A stretch of DNA of 64,000 bases from Octopus vulgaris (GCA_951406725.2 OX597823.1:87234001-87298000); one strand, 5' to 3'; counted from the first letter of the stretch, positions 43,500 through 57,480 are shown. Translations and numbers: made by a program. Notes: generated from the letters alone by a model not told the origin.

Positions 43500-44041
43500 G
43501 CCGGGCGAAATGCTTTGTGGTATTTTCGTCCGCCGCTGCGTTCTTAGTTCAAATTCTGCCGAGGTCGACTTTGCCTTTCATCCTTTCGAGGTCGGTAAAT
43601 TAAGTACCAGTTACGCACTGGGGTCGACATAATCGACTTAATCCGTTTGTCTGTCCTTGTTTGTCCTCTCTGTGTTTAGCCCTTTGTGGGTAGTAAAGAA
43701 ATAGGTATTTCGTCTGCCGCTACGTTTTGAGTCCAAATTCTGCCGAGGTCGACTTTGCCTTTCATCCTTTCAGGGTCAATAAAGAAAGTACCAGTTACAC
43801 ACTGGGGTCGATGTAATCCACTTAATCCCTTTGTCTGTCCTTTTTGTCCCCTCTATGTTTAGCCCCTTGTGGGTAGTAAAGAAATCAGTATTCCGTCTGC
43901 GAAAAAGTTCTGAGTTCAAATTCCACCGAGGTCGACTTTGCCTTTCATCCTTTTGGGGTCGATAAATTAAGTACCAGTTACGCACTGGTGTCGATGTAAT
44001 CGACTTAATCCGTTTGTTTGTCCTTGTTTGTCCTCTCTGTG
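43500..44041 (+). mobile_element. SINE family B, trimeric tandem body
   Basis: Three ~185-bp units, each GTATT.CGTC...GAGGTCGACTTTGCCTTTCATCC... Confidence 0.9.
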
Positions 44042-44162
44042 ATTATGATGATGATGATGATGATGATGACGACAACGACGATGACGGCGACAATGAAGAT
44101 GATGACGACGACGACGATATATGATGATGATGATGATGATGACGATGATGACGATGATGATA

Positions 44163-44206
<44 letters not shown>

Positions 44207-45034
44207 GATGATGATGATGAAGATGACGATAATAAGGAAGAGCAGGATGAAGAGGAGGAGGAAGAAGTGGGAGAGGAGAAGGAGGAGGAGGAGGAGGAAG
44301 GGAAAAGGGAGTATATGACGCGAGCCCGAAGGTGTATTTTTTATTATTAACTGTTATTAGCCAATCGGTTAGGGTTCGTTGAATGGTGGACATTGAAAAC
44401 TGATGTGCTATGAAGGCATCCTGGGAGTTGGTTTGTTTTCTTTTGAATCGAACCCTGAAGCAGGGAGTGGGTGGGGGAAGGAGTTACACAGCAGGGAGAG
44501 TAAAGCCACATACTCGTGAAACAGTCCATCCCCACCATCGCCACCGCCACCACTATCGCCATGACTACCGCAATCACCATTACAACCATCAGCATTGTCA
44601 CTACCACCACCATCACTTCCATCGACGACACCACACCACCACCATCGGCACCACAACCACAAATATAACCAGCACCACCAGAGTTGCCATCACAACCGCC
44701 ACTACCATCACCACTACCCCTCCCCCCACCACCACTACCCTCACCGTCGTCACCACTACCACAACCTTAACCACCATCGCATCTACCATCGCCACCACCA
44801 CCGGCATCACTACCACTACCACCACCAACACTACAAACACAATCATCACGACCATCACTACTATCACCATCGTTACAACCACCACCACCACTACCCTCAC
44901 CATCTACCACCACCCATCGTCACCACTACCACAACCACAACCACCACCATCAAGAACAATAAAAGAGAGAAAATGGCGTTTCCTGTTATGCTATTTTGAT
45001 GATTCGATTATCAGAGAGGAGTTGAGTTGCACCT

Positions 45035-45424
45035 CTTACTCTTTTACTCTTTTATTTGTTTCAGTCATTTGACTGTGGCCATAGTGGAGCATCGCCTTTA
45101 GTCGAACAAATTAGCCCCAGGGCTTATTCTTTGTAAGCCTAGTACTTATTCTATCGATCTCTTTTGCAGAACCGCTAAGTTACGGGGCCGTAAACACACC
45201 AGCATCGGTTGGCAAGCGATGTTGAAGGAACACACACATACACATATATACACATATATACGGTAAACTTCTTTCAGTTTCCGTCTACCAAATCCACTCA
45301 CAAAGATTTTGGTCGACCCGAGCTATAGAAGAAGGCACTTGCCCAAGGTGCCATGGAGTAGGACTGAACCCGGAACCATGTGGCTGGTAAGCAAGGTACT
45401 TACCATACAGCCATTCCTGTGCCT
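45035..45424 (-). mobile_element. SINE family A
   Basis: Full reverse-complement copy; further tail fragments at ~45460-45650 and ~45785-45900. Confidence 0.9.
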
Positions 45425-45677
45425 ACTCTTTATTTTTGGCTGAATTTTTTCTTTTTATAGTTCTTTTACTGGCTTCATTCATTGGACTGCAGCCATTCAG
45501 TGGTATCGCCACGAAGGGTTTAGTCAAGCACATCGACTCCAGGACCCCGGCTTTCTTTTCGTTAGTATTGAGCATACTCAATCGGCTACTTATGCCGAAC
45601 CACTGAATAACGGGGACATAACCAAACCAACATTTGTGGTCAAGCGATGGGTCTGAGAGAAAAATCATAAGCACAAA

Positions 45678-45772
<95 letters not shown>

Positions 45773-46350
45773 TTTCTTTTATTGTTTTATTCTTTTACTG
45801 GTTTCAGTCATCTGACTGCGGCCATGGAGCACCGGCTTTACTCGAACGAATCGACTCCAGGTCTTATTCTTTGTAAGCCTAGTACTTATTCTATCGGTCT
45901 CTACACGCATTTCTATTTTTGTACCACCCCCTTGAGATCCAACTACACTCACGCTGAAAAATAAAGAATACCTCATAAGTAATATAAACGTCCTAAATTC
46001 AGTGGTCGCGTTAATGAAGATGTTACGCGTTAATTTAATGTATTAGACTTATTTTTATTAATGTATATTGAATTATAGATAAATATGTACAATATTTACA
46101 CAGATATGAGTTAGAATTTGTGACCCACCCATGGACATTTTTCTTCGAAAACATTTGCCCGCCGCACTATATTGTTTCTCCACTCCTGGTGTAGATCAAC
46201 GGATTTCAACGTGTGACTGACCTGCCAGATAATCAACCTACACCCACATTATTATAATATTATAATAATATATCATAACAATATTATAAGTACCAGATAA
46301 GAATCTATGTACATACAGTATTTATAGGCATATAAGGCTTACATTTTTTT

Positions 46351-46742
46351 CTACTCTAAGCACAAGGCCTGAAATTTCGGGGGAGGGTGTCAGTCGATTA
46401 GATCGACCTTAGTACGCAACTGGTACTTAATTTATCGACCCCGAAAGGATGAAAGGCAAAGTCGACTTCGGCGGAATTTGAACTCAGAACGTAAAGACAG
46501 ACGAAATACTTATTTCTTTATTACCCACAAGGGGCTAAACACAGAGGGAACAAACAAGGACAGACATACGTATTAAGTCGATTATATCGACCCCAGTTCG
46601 TAACTGGTACTTAATTTATCGACCCCGAAAGGATGAAAGGCAAAGTCGACTTCGGCGGAATTTGAACTCAGAACGTAAAGACAGACGAAATACCACTAAG
46701 CATTTCGCCCGGCGTGCTAACGTTTCTACCAGCTCGCCGCCT
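46351..46742 (-). mobile_element. SINE family B, full-length dimer with ~18-bp TSD
   Basis: TAAGGCTTACATTTTTTT (46333-46350) and TAAGGCCTACATTTTTTT (46743-46760) flank the element. Confidence 0.92.
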
Positions 46743-46924
46743 TAAGGCCTACATTTTTTTTAAACGAAATTAATTAACCAAAACACTACACTGTGTCTAA
46801 TGTGACCGGATTACGCACGGAAGACCCGAGAGCCATATGCGTCTTATACGCTACGCTTTTTTGAATCCAAGGAATCCAGACACACAAGGTGCACATTAAT
46901 CCACGCATACATACACGTCTTTAT

Positions 46925-47085
46925 ACCAAGTGGTTGTGTAGTGAGAAGCTTACTTCCCAACCACATAGTTCTGAGTTCAGTCCCATTGCGTCGCACCTTG
47001 GGCAAGTGTCTTCTACTATGGTCTTGCACCAACCAAAGCCTTGTGGAGGATTTGGTAGACGGAAACTGAAAGAAGCCCGTTGTAT

Positions 47086-47123
<38 letters not shown>

Positions 47124-47494
47124 TATCATCATCATTTAACGTCCGTTGTCCATTTTGGCGTGAGTTAGACAGTTTGACCGAGCTGACACGGTGGAAGGCT
47201 ACACCAGGCTCCAGTCTAATTTGGCATGGTTTTCTACGGCTGGATGCCCTCCTAACGCGAAGCAATCCGAGAGTATAGTGGGTGTTTTTACGTGCACCGG
47301 CACGGGTGTCATTTGCGTGACACCGGGTGTTTGTGCGTGTCACCGGCACGGGTGCCAATCTGCGTGACACCGGTGTCTGCCACGACTGCCATTTTGCTCG
47401 GCTTGATGGGTCCCCTTCTCAAGTACGACATAATGCTAAAGGCTTTGTTCATTGTCTCCGGGTGGGCTAACGCTCGAAAGGTGTTCTTTACTTT

Positions 47495-47575
<81 letters not shown>

Positions 47576-47780
47576 CTGTGTGTTTGTGTCTGTGTTTGTC
47601 CCCTCATCACCACTTGACAACCGATGTTGGTGTGATTACGTCCCCTGTAACTTAGCGATTCGGAAAAAGAACGGATAGAATAAATACTAGGCTTAAAAAA
47701 GAAGTCCGACTAAAACCCTTCGAGGTGGTGCTCCAGTATGGCCTCAGTCAAATGCATAAAGCAAGTAGAAGAATGTAAAA
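46925..47780 (+). mobile_element. SINE family A split by a nested minus-strand element (~47087-47495)
   Basis: 5' half ends GAAAGAAGCCCGTTG at ~47083; 3' half resumes after (TG)n at ~47580. Confidence 0.85.
47087..47460 (-). mobile_element. Retroelement 3' end with RTE-like GGACGTTAAA-(TGA)n tail
   Basis: Plus strand (TCA)n-TTTAACGTCC...TTTGGCATGGTTT..TACG..TGGATGCCCT; homologous copy at ~54700-54900. Confidence 0.65.
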
Positions 47781-48382
47781 GAGCATGTGTTTGTGTGTAT
47801 GTGTAATGTGTGGAGGAGGAGATAGACAAACAGACACATAAATAGTCAGATAGATAGAACTGTATTCATACATACCTATATATAGCATAAAAGCAAAGCA
47901 GTATAGCCTATATTCAATTTTTCAACAGCTGTTTCATAAGTGAAACACGATGAAAAATATAATCACATAATTGTTATATATAATTTAATAAAATTGATTT
48001 AATTAATTTTTAAATAAATCTGGAAACTGCGTTTAAGCAAATAATCAGGAATTGTGTTGTGTTGAATTATGTTAAACAGAAAAACGTTAATTGAGCTATG
48101 TAATTACTGTGGATTTATGTTTTGATGTTTACACATCAATTCTCTCTATGGATGCTAACCCAGGTCAGAGTTTATGCCATTATCCATCGGGTATAAACAA
48201 GTAATACGTATAGATTTGTGTGTGTGTGCGTCTGTGTGTGTGTAATAGTTTGGTGTGACCGCCGCATACAACTTGGTTTTTGTAGGATTCTTGTAGAAGC
48301 CTAGGACGTCGGACTTATATGTGTGCGTGGGTTTCTGCGCGCAAGCGCGTGTGCATGCGTGTAAGTACAGACGGACAGACAT

Positions 48383-48427
<45 letters not shown>

Positions 48428-48534
48428 GAGATAGAGAGATAGAGAGATAGACTGATATGTATATGTTTGTATCTATATGAGTGTATGTATACATAGTCTA
48501 TATATGTGTTATTATCTGCGCCTCTCCCTCTCTT

Positions 48535-48600
<66 letters not shown>

Positions 48601-48644
48601 AGAGAGAGAGAGAGAGAGAGAGAATGTTTATGTGTGTCTGTATA

Positions 48645-48719
<75 letters not shown>

Positions 48720-48737
48720 GTACATATATATATATAA

Positions 48738-49105
48738 AGGAGTGGCTGCGTGGTAAGTAGCTTGCTTGCCAACCATATGGTTCCGGGTTCAGTCCCACTG
48801 CATGAGATGTTCGGCAAGTGTCTTCTATTATAGCCTCGAGCCGACCAAAACCTTGTGAGTGGATTTGGTAGACGGAAACTGAAAGAAGCCCGTCGTATAT
48901 ATATATGTATATATTTGCGTGTCTGTGTTTCCCCCCACACACACACACACACGCGCACATACACACAAACTCCTTTGACAACCGATGCTGTCGTGTTTGC
49001 GTCCCCGTAACTTGGGCTTACAAAGAATAAGTCCTGGTGTTGTTTTGCTCGACGAAAGGCGGTGCTCCAGCATGGCCACAGTCAAATGACAAACAAATAA
49101 AAGAA
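48738..49105 (+). mobile_element. SINE family A
   Basis: Head, body and tail present, small internal deletion. Confidence 0.9.
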
Positions 49106-49110
49106 TATAA

Positions 49111-49148
<38 letters not shown>

Positions 49149-49306
49149 AGATATATGTATATACATGAGTGTATGTAATGTGTGTATGTGTGTATCCATC
49201 TATTTATCGATCTGTCTATATATGTGTGTGAATATGTGCGTAGTTTTGCAGCAAGGTGCATCACTATACACGAGGGTTCCCGAGTGCACTTTTCTTTGTA
49301 TGGCTC

Positions 49307-49380
<74 letters not shown>

Positions 49381-49383
49381 ATG

Positions 49384-49461
<78 letters not shown>

Positions 49462-49474
49462 CATACATACATAC

Positions 49475-49560
<86 letters not shown>

Positions 49561-49685
49561 ATTTTGTACGTATGTATTTGTATTTTGTGCCTTGAAAGAA
49601 TGAAAAAATAACATGGGTTAAATGAAAGTATTTTTCACGAGTCATAAATTGTTACAGTGCAGTTTGCTGACGATACTTGTAAAGT

Positions 49686-49759
<74 letters not shown>

Positions 49760-50437
49760 ATAGAGTATTAATATTTGTTTGTTACGTTGTTATTTAACAA
49801 TCTTTTCGCTGTCTTTTATAATCTTTTGCTCTATGAAAACTGGATGGAATAGCAGCAGCTGTACGATATTCTGCAGGGAAGAAGTCCAAGTTCCAAAGCA
49901 ATGTGACAGATGGCTATCATTATGTATGTACGCCGATCATTGCACACCGTTACCCCTTCCACCCTTAACGCAACACCAATACTGGTAGCAACTCGAAAAT
50001 CAACACCATCGCCGTCCATACAGTACAACGATATACATTCATAAAACCACCACAAGCGTAATATCGCCGCCACCAACGATACCGATTTCAACGCCGCCAT
50101 CTTTGTTATTTATTATAAGAGCAAATTAATTCATGTGTTTTTTTTGTAAGTGCAAATGTCATGTAAAGGATTAAAAAAGAATTGGAGAAGGGAAAGAAAG
50201 GAAAAGAACTTTGAAAACACAGTGTCCTGCGCATTAAACCAATAATACCCCTTAAGCGCCAAAATCTTCATAGGGCACGAAAAAAGTTAGGGTACAACTC
50301 TTACGTATGCACACAGACACACACAGACACACATACAAACATTCAAACATACACGCATATATTCATCCATAAAATATGTATATGTGTGTGTCTATGTATG
50401 TATGTATGTATGTATGTATGTATGTATGTATGTATAT

Positions 50438-50524
<87 letters not shown>

Positions 50525-50557
50525 CACATATATATATATATATCCATATATATATCG

Positions 50558-50601
<44 letters not shown>

Positions 50602-51279
50602 TTACATATATCCACATACATATGTACCTATGCACTCAGGCAAACACACATTTACACTCTCATTTTAGCTAATATCAAAGTATAGCTCATGCTAAAATAT
50701 GTGTGCTTACCGGTGTATGTATGTACGTATGCACCTATGTATGTAAATATGTACGTGCCATGTATGTATATTTGTATGTATGTACGCATGTATGTATGTA
50801 TGTATGTATGTATGTATGTATGTATGTATGTATGTATGTATGTATGTATGTATGTATGTATATATGTATGTATGTATATACATGTATAGATGTAAGCACT
50901 GTCCCAATGTTTTCATCGCATTCATATCTGTAGATTTCTTGGAGTGTTTGTCTTAATTTTCGTTTTATTTCTTATATATTTTCCGCCTTTATTTTCATCC
51001 AAACGCCTATTTTTTTGTTTTTCACTTCTATTTTTCTCAATCCAAGCAATCCCCATACTTTGTAGTTTTACTTTATAGTTCATCCTATCGCTTCCTCCAT
51101 TTTCTTGTTTCTTCATCCTCCATCTTCCTCTTTCCATTTTTGGATGTTCATATTCCTGCTATAAGTTCTGCGGCGCATTTTGTTGAGGCTTCGAAATGTA
51201 CAGAAAGCTGTTGGGGTGGGGATGTGAAAATCCTTATGTTGAGACATACTGATTAAACTTACCAAATAAGGAAATATTT

Positions 51280-51491
51280 CTTTTACTTGTTTCAGTCATT
51301 TGACTGTGGCCATGCTGGAGCACCGCCTTTAGTCGAGCAAATCGACGCCAGGACTTATTCTTTGTAAGCCTCGTACTTATTCTATCGGTCACTTTTGCTG
51401 AACCGCTAGGTTATGGGGACCTAAACACACCAGCATCGGTTGTCAAGCGATGTTGGGGGGACAAACACAGACACACAAACACATACACATA

Positions 51492-51557
<66 letters not shown>

Positions 51558-51732
51558 CACATATATACGACGGGCTTCTTTCAGTTTATGTCTACCAAAT
51601 CCACTCAGAAGGCTTTGGTCGGCCCGATGCTTTAGTAGAAGACACTTGCCCAAGGTGTCATGCAGTAGGACTGAACCCGGAACCATGTGGTTCGTAAGCA
51701 AGCTACTTACCACACAGCCACTCCTACGCCTA
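51280..51732 (-). mobile_element. SINE family A, full-length
   Basis: Reverse complement of head (ACCACACAGCCACTCCTACGCC) through tail. Confidence 0.92.
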
Positions 51733-51734
51733 TT

Positions 51735-51832
51735 AAAAAATATGGGACGCTTCACGAATTCGCGTGTCATCCTAGCGCAGGGACCATGCTAATCTTCTCT
51801 TTATCGTTCCAATTTTAGAATATGTACCGCCG
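51735..51832 (-). pseudogene. U6: U6 snRNA retrocopy/pseudogene
   Basis: Minus strand CGGCGGTACATATTCTAAAATTGGAACGATAAAGAGAAGATTAGCATGGTCCCTGCGCTAGGATGACACGCGAATTCGTGAAGCGTCCCATATTTTTT matches U6 from about nt 11; ACAGAGA box reads AAAGAGA; upstream flank is (AAT)n. Confidence 0.95.
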
Positions 51833-52934
51833 TTATTATTATTATATTTGTTACTGTTCTTGTTGACGATGGCTTCGTTAATATTTTTGTGGTTGTAAAG
51901 GCGGCGAGCTGGCAGAAACGTTAGCACTTCTAGTCGGTCGAAGGTTTCCCACTTGCTCAAGACGTAGCATGAATTGATTATCACCGTTTACTCATATTCT
52001 CCTTCTTTTACTTCTTACTTCTATTTTTATTTACTTTTCCGATCTGATGAAGTCCCGCCAGACAGAGCGTTTCACAAGTGGCGACCTGCCCTTCAACCAA
52101 AAGCTAAAGAACTGTCTCTCCAACCTGATCAACCACGAATCTAATACAGCCTGTTCAGTTGGAATTAACAGGTATACCGTGGACCGGTCCAATTTGCCTT
52201 TTCTGAAACGGTAGCCTGAAGTATCGTTATCTCATCTACTCTTCCTGCCAGGACTGCCGCCATCAACCACATAGAGTCTACTTGAGGTGGGACTTTTGGT
52301 ATTCGTATTTTGGATGTCCTCATACCCATTTATACTGGTATTAAAATCGCATCTTCTCTTTCAAAGGAATTTACCGAGTGCAATTGTGCAGTTTAGGTGT
52401 ACCTCGATGGTACCGAAATTTTTCCCTCTGGCTAGATATGTTATATCCTGCCAGATGGGCTTTAGACACTTTTCTATCTTCTCCTCGCTTACTCGCTAGG
52501 TTTTTCTTTCTTTTCAGTAGTATGTTTTAAACATAATTGTTTTTTTCTTTTCTGTCAATAAAAGCTCTTCTGCGGGTTGAACCTTGACAACGCCATCTTG
52601 GATTTTTATCATGTCCTTGTACATTAAAACGTCACTTTACTCCGTCGATAGTTGGCGAGTTCTGTCTCCAGCTGCAGACGCAAAACCTCTTTTCTGTTTA
52701 CCCTCCTCCGTTTGAAGCCTTTTCACTTCGACACTCTTCCCTGCAACGTCAGTCCTCGACAGTGGTGGGAATTCGCTCTCAGACGAATCCGTAACATCTT
52801 CCAACAATAGTCTTTCCACTTTTCTTGCCTCCAAATCTGTCGAATCCTCGTCAGATGAATACATACTTTTTGGCATCCTGCCAATAATTAGTGTTCCCTC
52901 TTCAGGGGAAAACACACAATAGATTTCAAACAAA

Positions 52935-52966
<32 letters not shown>

Positions 52967-53681
52967 GGTAGAAGCACTCCGTTGGTTACGACGACGAGGG
53001 TCCCAGGAACTCACTTTTCATCCTTTGCAGTAGTGTTACCCAAGAAAGTTGGTAACAAAAGCAGTCAGATGACAAGAGATAAACTAACCATTTTTTCCCA
53101 ATTCATGAAGGTTTTATGATAGAAGTGTAACTTGAACTGAACTGTTTTGCTCATTGTCGTGCAGTTTGCTTCGGATTTTCCTCGACTGTGTTTTTCAGAG
53201 TTCAATATTAACAGAACTTGGTCGTCCAAATCAAGTGTATTCTGTGAGAGATTATTTTTCCGAGTGAAACGGGCTTAATCATCAAAGGATTAACTGTTCG
53301 GACAGTTAAAATTTCATTTCCAAAGACAGGACAAATATTTTATGCCACTTCCATTGCTGAAGAGCCGTTTTTTGAACCCATACAGTATTCAGTGTTTGGT
53401 ATGGATCTGATCTAAATTCATTTGGAAATGGGAACGTCGATAGATGCGAATTTAACCACATTGCAATTAAGTCAGCAAAGAAATGGGGGGGAAAAAGGAG
53501 GAAGACAGAATGTAAGAGAAGTGGGATAGAGGAACAAAAAAAGCAGCAACGATGTGTTGGTAAGTTAAACGGAATGGTTGAAGGGCCAGAAAGAAACAGG
53601 GGATTCAAAGGTGCTAATTAAAACAACGAGTACTGAAGTGTAAAAACCTGTGTTTATGTGTATGTGTGCGTGTGAGTGCGG

Positions 53682-54023
53682 GTGATTGTGTGTAAAGGGT
53701 AGGTGAGTGTATGTGTATACCTGTATACTGGTGTGAGCGTATGTCTGTTTCCAATATGTATGTATAAGTGAAGGTAAGGAATTGCCAAAGGGGAGAAGAA
53801 CAAATGTATGAGTATTAATGCTGTGCATGTGTGTACGTGAGTGTGTGTGTATGTGTGAGTACAAGTGATTGTGTGTGAAGGGTAGGTGAGTGTATGTGTA
53901 TGCCTATATACTGGTGTGAGCGCATGTCTGTCTCCCATATGTATGTGTGTATGTATGTATGTATAAGTGAAGGTAAGAAATAGCCAAAGAGTAGAACAAA
54001 TGTATGAGTATTAATGCTGAGCA

Positions 54024-54030
<7 letters not shown>
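53682..54030. repeat. Tandem duplication, ~185-bp unit
   Basis: GTGATTGTGTGT.AAGGGTAGGTGAGTGTATGTGTAT...AGAACAAATGTATGAGTATTAATGCTG occurs twice. Confidence 0.88.
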
Positions 54031-54087
<57 letters not shown>

Positions 54088-54442
54088 CGTGCATCTGTGG
54101 TGAGTAGGTGGATGCAGGTTTGCGTTGTTTGCATACCAGTATATGTGTGTGTACGAAGGAGACAAGATGATTGGTGAATAGAGGTGTGTGTGTGTGTGTA
54201 TGTGTGTTGTGTGTGTGGTGTGTGTGTATATCAAGAAAATAATACTGGTGATGTGTGTAGGTTGTGCTTAAGTGTAAGAGTGAGAAGTTCTTTTAATCTG
54301 TTGATATGATAAGGAACACAATCCTTCTGCGATGAGAATGCGTGCTTAGAAATATACCCGGGGAGTTTATTTAGGCCAAAATGACTTGTGTTCAGGTGTA
54401 TTTGAAACATTTTAATGCTACAGTGAACACACCACCACCATT

Positions 54443-54512
<70 letters not shown>

Positions 54513-54622
54513 ACTTCATCATCAACATCATCATCGTCATCACCATCATTACCATCATCACCATCATCACGACCATCATCACCACCACTATCACCACCAT
54601 CACCATCATCATCATCATCATT

Positions 54623-54677
<55 letters not shown>

Positions 54678-55431
54678 ACAACAACAACATCTTCCTCATC
54701 ATTTAACGTTTGTTTTCCATGCTGGTATTAGTCGTTCAGTTTGACAGGTGTTTTGGCAAACCAGAGAGATGCATCCAGGCTCCATTGTCTGCTTTGGCAT
54801 GGTTTGTACGCTTGGATGCCCTTCTTAACATCCAACAATTTTGCAGAGTGTGCTGGGTGCTTTTTTACATGGCACTAACAACAGCGGGATCACCAAGTAA
54901 GACTTCTCTGGCAAGAACAAGATTCTTCCGCTTAGTGAGAGAGGGTGAATGGAAATGAGGGAAATGGTTGTGTGCCAGTTGAAAGATTGGAGTATAATAA
55001 AGGGATAGAAATAATTGTTTTACTCTGGAGGAGATACTTGGCTTTGCCAGTAGGACAAGCAAGGAGAGGAAGAGAGAAAGATAGAGAGACAGTTAGAGTG
55101 AGGGAGAAAAGAGAAATAGATGGTGTTGGAGGTGCATGCATCTGGGCCTACCAACAGGGAAGAGCGGAGTGGTAGGGAGTATACGTAGTAGAGGAGATAG
55201 AGAGTATGTTCTAGAAGAATACCTGGGGAAATGTTTAGGGATTCGTAATGGTGACTGCAAGTGATGGTGAGAAAAATTGGAATGACTGAGAGGGAGGATG
55301 GTAGCTATGTGAGGGCATGGAGAGTGTGCGGATGGGCATGTGAGGGAGAGTGGAGTAGCCTGCAGCAGGTGGCTATCATGGGTGGTGATCATCGGTGGTG
55401 TTGGGAATATGGGACACGTAACAGTTTTGAC

Positions 55432-55770
55432 AGTGGTGGTGCTAGTTCTGGTGTTGGTGCTAGTGGTGCTCGTGGTTTTGGTGGTGCCAGTAGGGCTGGT
55501 GGTGCTAGTGGTACTGATGGTGCTAGTGGTACTGGTGGTGCTAGTGGTGGTGGTGGTGGTGCTAGTGGTGGTGGTGGTGTTGGTGGTGCTAGTGGTGCTG
55601 GTGGTACTAGTTGTAGTGGTGGGGGTGTCGGTGGTGCTAGTGGTGATAGTGGTGTTGGTGGTGCTAGTGGTGCTGGTGGTTTTGGTGGTGCTAATGGTGC
55701 TCGTGGTGCTAGTGGTGGTGGTGGTGGTGGTGCTAGTGGTGGTGGTGGTGTTGGTGGTGCTAGTGGTGCT
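55432..55770. repeat. (GGT/GCT/AGT)n codon-like minisatellite
   Basis: Repeats of GGTGGTGCTAGT; open in several frames on both strands. Confidence 0.9.
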
Positions 55771-56520
55771 GTATTTATGCTGATTTGACATGCTGCAGGT
55801 GAAAGCAACGAGATTAAAAACCATAACTCGGAAAACTAAAACGGAGAGAAATAAAAAAAAAAAAAGATTTTAAAAAATAAAACGCAAGAAAGAAAAAGAG
55901 ACTGTTCTAGAAAAGAACAGAACAGCAAAGCAGAAAGGAAAACCACGGAACTAAATCAAATAAGAGTAAAACGAACGTAATTGTATCTACCTGAAAACGG
56001 AAAAACTAAATGTTAATTTGTGGCTACAGAAAACATAATAAAAACTAGAAGTCGCAACCAGTCAATTTTGCACGCAAGCTTTCGGACTTATTTTCAGCAT
56101 TATTTATCCGGTCTGATGACTAAAACGATAACCGGAAGCTAACATTACTCTCGCCATCTTTCATAGCCTGAAACTAGTACGTCGTAGTTTTCATGTTTGT
56201 TTTCATGAATTTTCCCCTCTTTTTTTATTTTTGGCTTTTATCTATTTATTTGTTTGTTTGTTTGTTTGTTTGTTTATATGTTTATTTCTTGTGTTCCTTC
56301 CTTCTTTTAGAAAGTATGATCTAGCAATTTGCTCTGTAATATGAAAGTTTATAAATGCTCCTAATAAAATTACTTAGCAAAGGTCATTCTGGACCCATTC
56401 AACTAGAAGACCTTGTATTAAGAATAAAATTATATATCTAGACGCACACATATACATGCCTATGCATATATATATATATATATATGTGTGTGTAGATGTG
56501 TGTGAGTGCGTCTGTGTGCG

Positions 56521-56552
<32 letters not shown>

Positions 56553-56553
56553 A

Positions 56554-56584
<31 letters not shown>

Positions 56585-56657
56585 CTATGTAAATATATAT
56601 ATATATACACACACATATTTGAATATATGTATATATGTATACGTGTATGTTCCTATG

Positions 56658-56714
<57 letters not shown>

Positions 56715-57089
56715 GTATGTATATATATATATACACATACATATATACATACATATGTATGCATGTATGTATGTATGTAAGTATGTAAGTATACATGTAT
56801 GCATATAAGTAAATGTATATACTGTGACATAAAGAGATAGAAGGACTTAATAGATTTTAGTTGGCCAAATTGATTTCTTTTGACAAAGCATACATCTAGT
56901 TATTCCAGGTGAACATTACAATGAAGTAGTTATACTTTGGCTAGTCAAATATTTATACTTTTAAAGTGTTTGTGTATGTGCGCATGTGTATACATACATA
57001 AATATATACACGCACATATATACATTCGTGCATAAATATATATTCGTACATAGAAGCATACGTGAGTCTAAGATGACTATACTGAGACT

Positions 57090-57480
57090 GATTGCGGAAA
57101 GAATATTGATGGAAACAAAGAGAGCCGTGACGTTAAAATACAACCGGATAGATATTACTGTGTTGGGCCACAAGGATAAGATCTGCTCTGCTGTGGAAAT
57201 CAGATGCCCTCTGGACACCAATATGGGTAGAAAACTATAAAAGAAAGAAGATATCTGTTGACCATTGATGAGGAGTTTACAAATCTTCTACCCATGATGC
57301 ACTTTCAGGTTCATACTTATTAGTGAAGTAACAGGTTACATACCAACCTAAGTGGAGATAAGTATGGCTGAATTTGGGATTTGAGGTAAGAATGCGAACC
57401 CTTAATTCATACACCAAAAATTATTACGATATCCGGAGCTGTAAGAATTTGCAAGACCTTCTTAATATTTAAAGGAAGAT
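57090..57480 (+). mobile_element. Decayed RLE-type LINE 3' fragment
   Basis: LKYNRIDITV...KICSAVEIRCPLDTN resembles NRPDIVV...IEISCP.D.N; followed by ..LMRSLQIFYP. Confidence 0.6.

Noticed and set aside
44410-45072. His/Thr-rich 220-aa ORF
   Set aside because: Degenerate (CAC/CAT)n repeat running into a SINE tail
51735-51832. Functional U6 gene
   Set aside because: 5' end missing, ACAGAGA box mutated, several substitutions, upstream is (AAT)n
52040-52072. CTGATGAAGTC-CCGCCA-GAC as a hammerhead
   Set aside because: Lacks GAAA after stem II and has no stem I partner
55093-55824. Gly/Ala/Ser-rich, mucin-like Thr-rich and Pro-rich ORFs
   Set aside because: Open in several frames on both strands because of the trinucleotide repeat; no exon evidence
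56107-56190. CTGATGA...GAAAC-TAGTAC-GTC as a hammerhead or C/D snoRNA
   Set aside because: Stem I and stem II do not pair in the required register and there is no terminal snoRNA stem
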